Positions 50,397 through 64,000 of a stretch of 64,000 nucleotides of DNA are shown here, piece after piece. Origin of the DNA: Octopus vulgaris (lineage: Eukaryota); contig OX597814.1 in the NCBI GenBank assembly GCA_951406725.2, positions 7,006,001 through 7,070,000 on the forward strand, read 5' to 3'. The first letter of the stretch is position 1, and each line of letters begins with the position of its first letter. The notes beneath the pieces were generated by a model. The model saw only the letters and a list, made by a program, of their open reading frames with translations. It searched no databases and had not been told where the DNA came from. The translations under genes and the position numbers were made by a program.

Positions 50397-50835
50397 GGCA
50401 ATCTTTCGTCTCTAGTAGACCTTTCCGTCGATTTCCGTAAAAATTTTTTTTTTTTTTACATATGGGCTTGCGGGAACTTTTGAAGTAATGAGAGCGAAAG
50501 AGACTAAGAGAAAGCGATTGTATGACGAGGGAAGTTCTTTTGAAGTTACCGTGCATGGCAAGCATTGATGTACATGTGTGTGTGTGTGTGTGTGTTTGAT
50601 GGGGTGTTGGAGACAGACAGTATGTTGTGTAAGTGAAGTGCTTCTGTTAGTGTGTGTGAAGAGACAGAGATAGTAATGTGTGAAAGAGAGAAATAACTGA
50701 AATTTTTTACTCGGTGTATGTGTATATGTATGTATATTACTTCAAAAGTTCCCGCAAGCCCATTGGTAAAAAAAAAAAAAAATTTACGGAAATCGACGGA
50801 AAGGTCTACTAGAGACGAAAGATCGCCGTCATACA
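50397..50835. mobile_element. Foldback/MITE element with ~92-bp inverted arms
   Basis: 50397-50489 pairs with 50736-50827; gtcataca direct repeat on both sides. Confidence 0.8.
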
Positions 50836-50875
50836 CCCATTTGCACCTTGGGAATTGGATTCAAAAGAATTATTT

Positions 50876-50921
<46 letters not shown>

Positions 50922-51869
50922 CAGTCTAGTGATAATGAGACATGGGTTGGTGATAACCATCTCCCTTCTATGCAAAAGGCTGAATATTGGTGAGTTACTG
51001 AAGTGATCGTACAGGAATGATATTACCCGGCGCAGGGAGAAGCTGCTGTGTTATCATGCATATAATATGTGAATAGATGACTCTGCTGGAAGAAAACTGT
51101 GTCATAAGCAGATGGGGATGGATAGAACCTAAGGAAGAAATTGAAAGAGGTGGTCCGATCTATTTGAGAGTATTTGGTCGTGAAGAGCAAATGATATTGG
51201 ATTAGGGTGAATAATAAATCTGGCAAACTGTCAACCTTTCCAACCCCCTTGTTAAAACGAAAGATAAGAAGAATATTAACGACACGATCATTATGAAGCT
51301 TGAAAAGTGTTAATAGCAACAGTATATTTCTCTTTTATAGCAGTAAAGTTTAATTGATGAGGAAAGCAATTAGTTCTCAAGTGAGTTCGTCACTCACCTC
51401 TTTTATCAACAGAATAGTTTAATTAACGTTTCCTTGGTAACAAAAAGTTATCAAAATAAATACCAAAATGTTTCCAAAATTATCAGATTTCCTTCTTTTT
51501 GTTTTATATTTTATCAGTTAAAATTCAGAAATTCTTTTATTTTTCATGGCTATTATCATTTTAAAGTGTTGATCCAAAGTGTTCAGCTAAAAGCCTCTTT
51601 GCATCCGTTGGGATTTGAAGAGAGAATTTAGTTTGAACAGATCCCTCAGCTCTTTTATAATGCAAGTTTCTGCCATGAAAAAGAATGTAACATACTAAAC
51701 ATATTAAATTTAATCATCTGAGAAACATTCACAGTGTAGTTGAACGATCAATATTAATTTTTTTTTTTCATGTGGTTCTGTGATTATGACATGAGAATTG
51801 TAAGAGAACAAACACAAGGTCAGAACTGACTATAAACTCAATATCAAAGCTAATGTTTAGTGGAAAGTC

Positions 51870-52230
51870 AGTTTCCAGAAACGGAGACTTGCGCGAACAT
51901 TTCATGTGACTGATCTTGACAGTATTCACTGCGCTCCTGGACTGGTTCATAACCTCGACAAATTCCTCGACTTTGGTCTCGCCTCAGATATATTTCCCAG
52001 CAAACTGCCCCTGCCCTATGCAGAGACTTAGGTTCCCTCTCAAACTCAGCTTGGCCATGGCAATTAACAAAGCACAAGGTCAGTTGCTGGAAGTTGTCGT
52101 TATTAGACCTTCAAACATCGTGCTTTTCACATGGACAGTGCGTTCCAGAGTTGGCCATCCAGACAACTTATTCATCTATACTCCTGAAAGAAAAACAAAG
52201 AATGTCGTCTACAAAGCAGCCCTACAGTAG
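51870..52230 (+). mobile_element. Helitron Rep/helicase (PIF1-like) C-terminal remnant
   Basis: QRLRFPLKLSLAMAINKAQGQ, CFSHGQ (shifted frame), SRVG...TKNVVYKAAL*. Confidence 0.88.
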
Positions 52231-53267
52231 TTATTCCTCTACTGCATTCTTCATATCTACGCCAAACTGTAGCCGTTAGCAATCAGACTTCATGCAAGTA
52301 TTTCATTGATATTTTGCTTCATTTTTCTGATTGCTGTTAACAGTACATTACCTTTAACGACCCTTCTTACTTCACGCACTCTGTTCGCTTATAAGCATGC
52401 TCTGGACGTTTATTTTTGTAAATGCCATTATTCTGTTTTTCCGTTTGATATAAATGTCTGCTTTTCTTTATCATACGTAACATTCATTGAAAACAAGCTT
52501 CAATACGGTTATGTCAGGCATTACGAGAAAAATAAGTATATAATACAAAACGCTTCAAGCTAGGTTGGAGCACCCCACAACCCTGTTTATTTAACTATTT
52601 CTCAAATTATGTTTGAGTGCATCCAAATGCACCAGTGAGGAATTTCTACGATATTTGATATTGAAAAAAACACCAAAACGTAGGAAATTAAATGGAACAT
52701 CTTAATATAAGATTGCCTGTTTATTTACATGAAATTGAATTTATTGTCATTTTCCTATTTTCAGACGTCTCCTTTCTTTTTTGTAATTAAAATAGTTTGT
52801 CTATTTGAAACTAATGTAGCGAAAGATATAAATTGCATTTATTCCTCTCAGCTAATTTATTTGTTTGCCATGAAAGAAAATATGCCACCACTACACGCGT
52901 AGTACATGTAAGAAAATATATTGTATTATCATAATTTGCTTTTCTTCGTTTATATTACGCCTGTCATTCTGTTTATTTAGACTGTTTATTTTTCAGGGAT
53001 TTTTATTGAGATGTAATTATTTTCATTTGGAACATGTCACCTTAATATAGGTATTACTAAGAAAACTGGTGAAGCATTTATTTGTTTTATATTTGATATC
53101 TGATGGTTGATTAATTAAGTTCTTTGTAAATTAAAAAAAATCGTAATATATTTCACGAACGCAAGTAGTTCAAATTTCAGTTGCCCAATTATTTGTTCTT
53201 TCAAGTTCGCTTTTATGAGGTTGGATAACATCATACTTTCTGACAAGTAACAATTATACTGATTTCA

Positions 53268-53649
53268 GTGGAGGCACAATGGCCCAGTGGTTAGGGCAGC
53301 GGACTCGCGGTCGTAGGATCGCGGTTTCGATTCCCAGACCGGGCATTGTGAGTGTTTATTGAGCGAAAACACCTAAAGCTTCACAAGGCTCCTGCAGGGG
53401 GTGGTGGCGAACCCTGCTGTACTCTTTCACCACAACTTTCTCTCACTCTTTCTTCCTGTTTCTGTTGTACCTGTATTTCAAAGGGCCGGCCTTGTCACAC
53501 TCTGTGTCACGCTGAATCTCCATGAAAACTACATTAAAGGTAAACGTGTCTGTGGAATGCTCAGCCACTTGCACGTTAATTCCACGAGCAAGCTGTTCCG
53601 TTGATCGTATCAGCTGGGACCCTCATCGTCGTAACCGACGGAGTGCTCC
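53268..53649 (+). mobile_element. SINE family C
   Basis: Full length; 13-bp TSD tatactgatttca. Confidence 0.93.
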
Positions 53650-54093
53650 TATACTGATTTCAAATTTTGGCACAAGGCCAGCAGTTTCAGGATAGACTTT
53701 CTTGGATCACCAGTTCTGTCTCAGATTTTACGATAACTAGATGTCTTTACCGATCTCTGTCATAATTAATACTTTATGAATCTAAGACTTCTACAATACT
53801 TTATTCTCAAGCCATTTTTCAAATTGATGACACGTAATGTGTCATCACTTCTAACAACACACTCTCTTTATTTCATCTTAATCTTGTACACGCAGGCATT
53901 ATCAACAGGCATACTTATATACCTCAAACCAAATCTGTTCTGCTTCTATGAAGAGAAAGCTTCGAAACAGTTTTCAATTTCAAATATCACAACCAGGTCT
54001 CCTTCAATAGCAACATGACAATATAGCTACAGATGTGAGTTAAACAATCTCGTACCACTCCCTCTCTCACTCTCTCTCATTCTTTCTCTTAAT

Positions 54094-54125
<32 letters not shown>

Positions 54126-54515
54126 AGTCGTTGACAATATTCAATTAAACTTTCAAAAGTCACTACAGACCCAAAGTCTCTAAATACTTGGTAAATGCAT
54201 ATTTAAAGTTTAGCAGCATTTTATCCCAAAGACAAGACTTCTGCTTTACAACTAAAATTATTTCGGTCTTTACAGTTATTTCTATGTTAGAATATAGAAA
54301 CAGTTAAAGTACTTCACATGCGACTATGTCTGCCCATGGAATGCTTTCTGAAGACATTAGACCACGTCCATTCTTTGGTTTCTGGACAAAGGTTTCCTCA
54401 CCAACACACTACAACCACTCACTCACCCGTCTCCTCTTTGTTTCTTCTACCACTGATACAACAACCTCTCCGGCGATTCATGGGTGATAGTTACTTCCTC
54501 TGCTCTTATTACCAA

Positions 54516-54898
54516 CTAGCAGTATCGCCCGGCGTTGCTCGGGTTTGTAAGGGAAATAACTATAAAGCATTTTTAGAGAGTTATAGCCAAAAAATAGCAA
54601 AAAAATGGGGAAAAAAATTATGGTAAATTTTTTTTGAGTTAAAAAGGTCGAGTTGCGTCCCCTAGACAGTCTGTGGTTTGTGTTTCTGATTCTCGACCCC
54701 ATGTCGAATTTATCGATTTATTTCAGAACTGGGGGAACTTTTCAAAATTTTCGCTGCGTTAGTTTTGAATTGACATTGGGCTATGTGTGTGTGTCAAGTT
54801 TCATCAGAATCGGTTGAAAGCTGTGGTCAGGGTGAGGGTACAAACTAACAGACACACAGACACGCAGACAGACAAACTGCCGTTTATATAGAGAGAGA
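54516..54898 (-). mobile_element. Non-autonomous Helitron
   Basis: Same 3' hairpin and CTAG end as 29406; a|TC 5' end. Confidence 0.85.
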
Positions 54899-55097
54899 TT
54901 AGTTAGATAAGAGAATAAAAGAGAAGGTAGACATTTTATATCCATGAAATTTAAGAAATTGTACTGGAAATCAAACTCCACATTTCCATCACGTTCATAA
55001 ACCGTAATTAATAATTAACGAACATTTTGAAAAATATTTATTTATTTGAGTTGTTTGCCCTCACAAACTTTCAGTTTTTACCTTACATTAGTACAGC

Positions 55098-55161
<64 letters not shown>

Positions 55162-55261
55162 ACATGTGCACACATTCTACAAACAACACTCACAAGAAAT
55201 TAGTTTGTCAAGAGTTTGATTGCCTTAAACATCACAGTAATTAATAATTATAGCAATTATT

Positions 55262-55460
55262 AAAGCAGTGAGCTGGCAGGATCATTAGCAAACAAGGCAA
55301 AAATCCTTAACAGCAGTTTGTTCATCTTTATGCTTTTGGTTCAAATTTCATCAATATTGATCCTTTTGGGATCAATAAAATAAGTACCAGTTGAGTACTG
55401 GGGTCAACATAATCAACTCTTAACCCAAAATTGCTGGCCTTGTGCCAAAATTTGAAATCA
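55262..55460 (+). mobile_element. Old SINE family B variant
   Basis: gcagtgagctggcaggatcattagc...aataagtaccagttgagtactggggtc...ggccttgtgccaaaatttgaa. Confidence 0.75.
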
Positions 55461-56699
55461 ATAATTACTGAAATTATTCATTCAGTGTTACACATTTTTG
55501 TTACAAAAAATAAACATGACCCAAGCTTTTGCAAACCCAAAGACTTGTGAAGGAAAAACTGTCAAAGGTATCTCACAGCTTTAATTTCATGGAATATTGC
55601 ACCAAGCCTTGAAACCATTGGGCAATTTTCTGATTAAGGCAGTTTGATCCTCATCCTTCTCTCCTCGATCAGAATTAGAACTTAGTGTGTTCGATTAATG
55701 AGGGCTTCCTGATATCCGGTAGGATTTATTCGATAAAATACAGAAGATGATTTACAGAATAAAGACTGCTTGTGTCAAAGACACAATATTTAGAACACTA
55801 AAAGATCGCTGTAGTCTACAACTTGTGATTATCAGAGTATGGAAGAGAGAAGAGGAAGAGAGAGAGAGAGAGAAAGGAAGGCAAGCAAGCAGAGAAAGAC
55901 AGAAACAGAGAGGTGGAGATAAAGAATGAGAAAGAGAGAGTGGGAGACAGAGAAATGAGTGAGTGACAGAGAGAGAGGGTGAGACAGAGAAAGAGAGAGA
56001 CAGAAATGGAATGGGAGACAGCCAAGATTTGGTAATCTCTGATGACAGAGGTCGAGCAGTAAAGTTGAAATTTGTGAAGGATACTTGTTGAGGTTAGTGG
56101 ACAATGTTGCATTATTTCAGTAATTCTTGTAAAGAAAGAGAATAATTAAAAGGTTTTGGTTGCATTAAAAGTTAATTCTTTGGTGAAATCTTTGGTGGAA
56201 TCAATTTTAATAGTTGAGTCTCCTTGCTGATGATGACAATGATAATGATGGGAAGAAGAAGGTGGAGGAGAAAAGGGGAACTATTTATGGTTTCAAGTTT
56301 GTATTATCTCCCTAATTAAGTTCACTCTGTTATCCTTTAATATGAGTTTATTAGTTATTTCAAAATTGGAAATATAGGTGCTGACCACCACAATAGATGA
56401 TCAAAATTTACTCAAAGATTTAGCTTCATTTTCCAATAAATTTAAGAATTCGTTGCCAAATAAAATGCAATTTATAATCAGTTGTCGTTGTTAACTGCCA
56501 AATCTTATGATAATTGTAGATGAAATGTTTTTTCCCTGGAAAAGTTGGCCTGAAAATGGAGACGTGCTTCAACAAATTTAGGTTCATCAGCTTTATAAGA
56601 CAGTCAAAACCACAATAATTCACAGGCCAGTAAGTTTTGGCTTTTAACAACATTTAAAAGCATCAACAAGAAACTTGAGACGATGGTCTTCACTTCACT

Positions 56700-56905
56700 T
56701 CATTCTGTTGGCTGCTGGTTGCCTCTAAAGACATCATAGCAGAGCTGTTCTATCTCTAGATCTGGTATTTCACTTGGAGCAGGTTGTCTCATCGAAAATC
56801 CCGGTTCTTCTCTATAAATCTCAATCTCTTTCTTTTTCTCATTGCTTTTGTCAGCTAAAACTTTCTGAATCATGCTGGATCTTGCTGAAGGATCTGTCGG
56901 TTTCC
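56700..56905 (-). CDS. Candidate terminal coding exon of an unidentified host gene
   Basis: tttag acceptor at 56906, then an open non-repetitive frame (G)KPTDPSARSSMIQKVLADK...EIPDLEIEQLCYDVFRGNQQPTE*; AATAAA on the minus strand near 56346. Confidence 0.5.
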
Positions 56906-57658
56906 CTAAACTCCACAAACATAAAAGCCATAAGGATTTTATTGTAATTCAATTTACATACTTTGAAGGGGAAATTTTTATGAAGCCATTGTTTTCATGT
57001 TTCATCACCTTCAGTCTTGGAGGACTCTAAGATACTTCTGACTCACTAAAAGATTTCTAAAAAAAAAAGACATTTTGAAATGAAAAAATGGTAATGTTAA
57101 TTATAGCATATTTAATATAGAAAAACCAGGGAATAATCAATTAAAATTATTGCTACAGTGAGGAGAAAGAATCATTAGTCTCATGATTAACTGTAGTCAA
57201 GAATGATAGAGGTGGCAACTCTAAACATTTAATGACAAAAATAATTAAAAATAAAATGTAGACAAGCAATGCTGTGGAGACAGTGAATGTGATGTTTACA
57301 GTAGAAAAACACCTCTGGGCATATTTACTCAGGGAATTGAACCAAGAAGTTCAGTGTCCAGAATAAAGACTGACTCAAAAGCAAACTTAAAATCCAGAAG
57401 GCAATAAAGGCTTTCTAGCAACAGCAATTCTCAATACAAAGAACTTGTTAAACATTAATAATCTCAGCACAATTTGCTTTCATGAGAATTGGTTTCCTTT
57501 GTGAAATAAAGAATACAAGATCAATGAGATTCTAAATATTTATTTGACATTAAAGCAGATAATACACTGATCAATTACAAAACATTTCATTTCTCTATTT
57601 TGTGTGGTTTTTCAATGACAGACGTTGGAACTGCTGTGTTTATAGAATTAGATCATAA

Positions 57659-58080
57659 CGTAGGAGTGGCTGTGTGGTAAGTAGCTTGCTAACCAACCAC
57701 GTGGTTCCGGGTTCAGTCCCACTGCGTGGCATCTTGGGCAAGTGTCTTCTGCTATAGCCCCGGGCCAACCAATGCCTTGTGAGTGGATTTGGTAGACGGA
57801 AACTGAAAGAAGCCTGTCGTATATATGTATATATATATATAAGTGTGTGTGTATATGTTTGTGTGTCTGTGTTTGTCCCCCTAGCATTGCTTGACAACTG
57901 ATGCTGGTGTGTTTACGTCCCCGTCACTTAGCGGTTCGGCAAAACAGACCGATAGAATAAGTACTGGGCTTACAAAGAATAAGTCCCGGGGTCGATTTGC
58001 TCGACTAAAGGCGGTGCTCCAGCATGGCCGCAGTCAAATGACTGAAACAAGTAAAAGAGTAGAAGAGAGTAAAAGAGTAG
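57659..58080 (+). mobile_element. SINE family A
   Basis: Full-length match to the other family A copies. Confidence 0.92.
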
Positions 58081-58454
58081 TCCAAATTTATTTTTCTATT
58101 CAGTATATACATACGTACGTTTGTGCATAACTGTTTGTAAGTATTCTTGTATCTATTACTGTCCCCCGTCTCTCTTTTGAATCATATATATATACACATC
58201 CAAAATTAGGGAACGGAGAAGATAAAATCCAGGCTGTATGTGTTCCAAGCAGAACCTCTGAAGTCATACAAAAAATATGCGGGTGTGCACTAATATGTGC
58301 TTGTATAGTTAAAAAATTTAAGTGATTCACTACCAACTTACCTAGAAGTACTAAGTTTCCCTACTGACCAAAAACATTATCTTCCGCCCCCTCTCCTTCT
58401 CTCCCCCCTCTCCTAACAAATTCTAAATTAATACCACTCCTCCATCTTTTTTTC

Positions 58455-58838
58455 GTTGAATCGAAATCGATCAATGGAAATCGATCAATGGAAATTGCAG
58501 ATGTGTTACCAGTGCCGGTGGCATGTAAGAGAACCTTCCGTTTCGCAACCGTTGCCAGCCTCGCCTGGCCCTCGTGCCAGTGGCACATAAAAAGCACCAT
58601 CCGTTCGTGGCCGTTTGCCAGCTCTGTCTGGCACCTGTGCAGGTGGCACATAAAAAGCACCCACTATGCTCTCGGAGTGGTTGGCGTTAGGAAGGGCATC
58701 CAGCCGTAGAAACACTGCCAGATCTGACTGGGCCTGATGAAGCCTTCTGGCTTCACAGACCCCAATAGAACCGTCCAACCCATGCTAGCATGGAAAGCGG
58801 ACGCTAAATGATGATGATGATGATGACGATGATGATGC
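58455..58838 (+). mobile_element. RTE-LINE 3' end (family D)
   Basis: 3 units, core and (gat)n. Confidence 0.9.
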
Positions 58839-59019
58839 AGTCCGGTATAGACTTTGCAGCACAGCAAGACAAAAGCACTGACGTCGTATATTGTGCTACA
58901 CTTTAATTCTATGGCAGATACGTGTGGCAAAACGATTTTGGAAGACTTGTCATGCTGTCTAAACACATACAACAGGTGCACACATATTTGCTGCATTAGA
59001 AGAGTGTCTTGTTGGGAAG

Positions 59020-60340
<1,321 letters not shown>

Positions 60341-60653
60341 AACAATAAAACCTACATAATCTGAAGATTTAAAGGATGACAGACAAAACAAAATTGCTTT
60401 CCTTTAGACCCTTGCAACCAAAAAGGGGCTCAGCCAAAATTAATTCTAAGTCAAAAAGAGAAAAAGGAAACATACATAATACAGTACAAACATAAGATTT
60501 ATCTAGGCTGATCCAGGGCCCTAAATCTGTTAATCTGGAACTTCCCAAAGACAGCTCACCAGGAATATATCAATTGGATGCAAGTCGATCTCACCAAATG
60601 CCATTTTGATTTTTGTCAGTGGGAGAGAGCAGAAAAAGACAAGTGCTGACAAA

Positions 60654-60815
60654 TGCACACACACAAACATCGACCACACATGCACACACACAAACATCGA
60701 CCACACATGCACACACACAAACATCGACCACACATGCACACACACAAACATCGACCACACATGCACACACACAAACATCGACCACACATGCACACACACA
60801 AACATCAACCACACA
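60654..60815. repeat. 27-bp minisatellite, about 6 copies
   Basis: Unit tgcacacacacaaacatcgaccacaca. Confidence 0.95.
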
Positions 60816-61329
60816 GGCACACACTCATTCATACTTGCACCTACTCAAATAAGTGGTAGATTGGTTTTAAAAATGAAAACAATAAGGCTCTGGGTGGCAT
60901 CCCTACAGGAATGGTAGTGCTGAGTGTCTAATTGTTTAGTAATGGTAAGGAATCTAAACCTCTTTATCACAAAAATAATTAAAACTAACTTCCAACGAAA
61001 TCTTATTAAAAGTTTTCTAGTATACATTAAACTATATTTAGATGCTGTCTCACTAACAGACCTAAGATCAAAGACATTCCTGTGGTGACCCTTTCATTTA
61101 TTTTATATATTTATGACTACATAGTGTAGTATTCTTTTTAAACAGTAGGATGTGGTGTGAGGAAGATTTGCCACTACTTTTAACCGACTGAGCGACTTTG
61201 TGGAGGCAGGAAATATAAAAGGTTTCCAGTCTAAAGCTGGAATCCTGTTTTCTGAAGTCTTACCCTTTTGATCCTTCCTTTTACCAATTATTTTCAGACA
61301 CCCAACTGAATTTTAACACTGAATATGAC

Positions 61330-61371
<42 letters not shown>

Positions 61372-61394
61372 GGCTTGAGTAGTAGAGAGTGAGA

Positions 61395-61428
<34 letters not shown>

Positions 61429-62330
61429 CTGTGGAATTTTCCAGCTGCATTATAGTAAGCTGATGCTGAAAAGCTTCTCGCTGTGACCATTTATGACCAG
61501 TGTTGACCAGTTTTATCTCATAATTCTTGTATCCATGACAAAAACAGAAATGTTACAAAATCAATGAAAGAAATGATTAGTATGAAAGTTTGAAACGAGA
61601 GAAAATTAATTAAGCGTTAAAGGTTGGTGATTCTAGGTCAGAGTAATTAGAGTTAATGACGTAAGTCTAAAGCAAGCATTGTCTGTCAGAGAACTTTTAC
61701 TGGAAGTGTCATTGTGAATATGATATACAGAGAAGGGAAAGAGAGAGAGAGAGAGAGTGTGTGTGTGTAACAAAGGGGGGGGGGTTAAGGGGGGGGAGTG
61801 AGAGGTGGTGTATTAGATGAAAGGGTAAGAAAGAGAGAGAGACAGTATGTGAGTGTGTGTGTGTGAGGAAGAGTTTTTGCGTAAGAGATTGCTCAAATGT
61901 GGGGCAGTATAAGAGATAGAGACACAAACGGACACTCTGTGAGTATGGGGTGTTTTATATATTGTCTGAGCAGAGAATGGAAGAAATGCAATAAAATGTT
62001 CAGCTTTATTTCATAACTGGAAGATGAGAAAGGAAACAAGAAGGATAAAGTATGCATGTAAAGTATCCAGGTGGGCAAAGGCAGGAGTGAAGAGAAAGTT
62101 CCAGTAAGAAAAAGTGTGAGGTTGAATTTCAATTAAAAGTCATATCAGTTCTGAGAAAGAAGATGAGTTACTGTTCCCTTTGTAAGAAATCATGGAAGAA
62201 GTGGTGTTGGAAGCCAAGTCAAAGACTCTGAAGTGTTGAATGAAATACTCAGGAGCGTCACAAGACAGGCAGGCAACCTGTTGCCAAGTGAAATATTGTT
62301 CTACAAACCTGTTTGACAGTTGGCAGCTGG

Positions 62331-62543
62331 TTTACTCTTTTACTCTTTTACTCTTTTACTTGTTTTAGTCATTTCACTGTGGCCATGCTGGAGCACCGCC
62401 TTTTAGTCGAGCAAATCGACCCCGGGACTTATTCTTTGTAAGCCCAGTACTTATTCTATCGGTCTCTTTTTGCCGAACCGCTAAGTGACGGGGACGTAAA
62501 CACACCAGCATCGGTTGTCAAGCAATGCTAGGGGGACAAACAT

Positions 62544-62586
<43 letters not shown>

Positions 62587-62752
62587 TACGACGGGCTTCT
62601 TTCAGTTTCCGTCTACCGAATCCACTCACAAGGCATTGGTCGGCCCGGGGCTATAGCAGAAAGCACTTGCCCAAGGTGCCACATAGTGGGACTGAACCCA
62701 GAACCATGTGGTTGGTAAGCAAGCTACTTACCACACAGCCACTCCTGCGCCT
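62331..62752 (-). mobile_element. SINE family A
   Basis: Full length with an (agagtaaa)n tail. Confidence 0.92.
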
Positions 62753-63275
62753 AACATGATTGAAAATTGCAAAATTCTACCAAATATACTCATAAAGTGT
62801 TGGTCAGTTTGAAGCTATAGTGAGATTGAACCTGAAACCAGATGGCTGCAAAGCAAACTTCTTTACCATACACCCATGCTTTTGTGATACAATGACTGTT
62901 CTTACTAAAATATAGAACATCATACCTACAATAATATATATTAAATGCAAGACAGAGACCCAGTCCTTACAGGATACTTGTATCACCACTGCAGGGATTC
63001 TTTCAATCAAGCACAGATCAGAAACCTTCAGTAAGTCACTGAGAGCGATCATACCTGTAGGAGAGAGGGAGAGCAATGAGCAGGAATGCAATGGTATTGA
63101 CGTTTGGTAATATTGGGTTGGTGAGAAAATAGGGGATATACCCATGGCTCTAAAAGATATTTTGAGATTGGGAGGATCAACTACTGCTGCTGCTGCTCAT
63201 GAGGATGATGATGATGATGACAGTCATTATCATAAGGAGCATCAAGAATGAGAGTGGAAGAGGTAGAAGCCAACT

Positions 63276-63644
63276 CTCTCTTTACTCTCTCTCTTTTACT
63301 TGTTTCAGTCATTTGACTGTGGCCATGCTGGAGCACCGCCTTTAGTCGAGCAAATCGACCCCAGGACTTATTCTTTGTAAGCCCAGTATTTATTCTATCG
63401 GTCTCTTTTGCCGAACTGCTAAGTGACGGGGACGTAAACACACCAGCATCGGTTGTCAAGCAATGCTAGGGGGACAAACACAGACACACAAACACACACA
63501 CATATATATATACATATATACGACGGGCTTCTTTCAGTTTCTGTCTACCAAATCCACTCACAAGGCTTTGGTTGGCCCGAGGCTATAGTAGAAGACACTT
63601 GCCCAAGATGCCACGCAGTGGGACTGAACCCACTGCGTGGTTCA
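63276..63644 (-). mobile_element. SINE family A, 5'-truncated with an inverted junction
   Basis: 19-bp TSD gaagaggtagaagccaact at 63257 and 63645. Confidence 0.92.
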
Positions 63645-64000
63645 GAAGAGGTAGAAGCCAACTAATTAGAAATTATTACAAACTTCTTTCTGATTGGTTC
63701 AACCATAAAAGTCAAGGATTTCCAACCATTTCTAAATAAAAATTAAACCATCAGGTTTTTGTGGTGGTGGCCACAGCAGAAGAAAACCTCCGAAGAAGAA
63801 CTCAAAGAGACCAGTTTGGATCCTAGTCGTCTCATGTGCAAATGCACACAAAAGAATGGATGCTGTTGAGGCGAAGAGAAAATTACTCGAAATGGGAAAA
63901 CCTTTTCTGTGAATATTTGCATTCAAGTAGGAAAAATAAATTCTAAACCATTCCGCTTAAGGATCAAGCATTCCAACATCTTACTTGAATGTTTGTCAAA

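Noticed and set aside
53268-53345. tRNA genes at SINE heads (also 25014, 48750, 5527)
   Set aside because: They continue into SINE bodies, often with TSDs, and lack proper acceptor stems
63732-63926. Coding exon near the window end
   Set aside because: Short frames on both strands with no identifiable homology; cannot be resolved

Overview
AT-rich, repeat-dense eukaryotic DNA. The SINE, RTE and Helitron repertoire looks like a coleoid cephalopod (Octopus); this is an inference from repeat content, not a database result. Almost every ORF in the supplied track is a microsatellite or transposon artefact. The window holds several tRNA-headed SINE families, many 3' ends of one RTE LINE (its RT carries an inserted PHD finger and its 3' UTR a tandem hairpin array), CR1 and R4/Dong remnants, mariner/Tc1, hAT, piggyBac and Helitron elements, solo-LTR-like pieces, and a 29-bp satellite. 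Only one plausible host exon is visible (minus strand, 56700-56905). The most striking observation is a TSD-flanked copy at 15012-15376 of sequence from 10677-11350. The copy lacks exactly one GT-AG intron on the minus strand, so it looks like a spliced, poly(A)-less, RNA-templated insertion about 4 kb from its source. Also notable are a phased array of 8 perfect CRE sites, a ~150-bp target-site duplication, degenerate minimal hammerhead motifs, and an apparent CpG-domain boundary. Family labels A-F are my own working labels.
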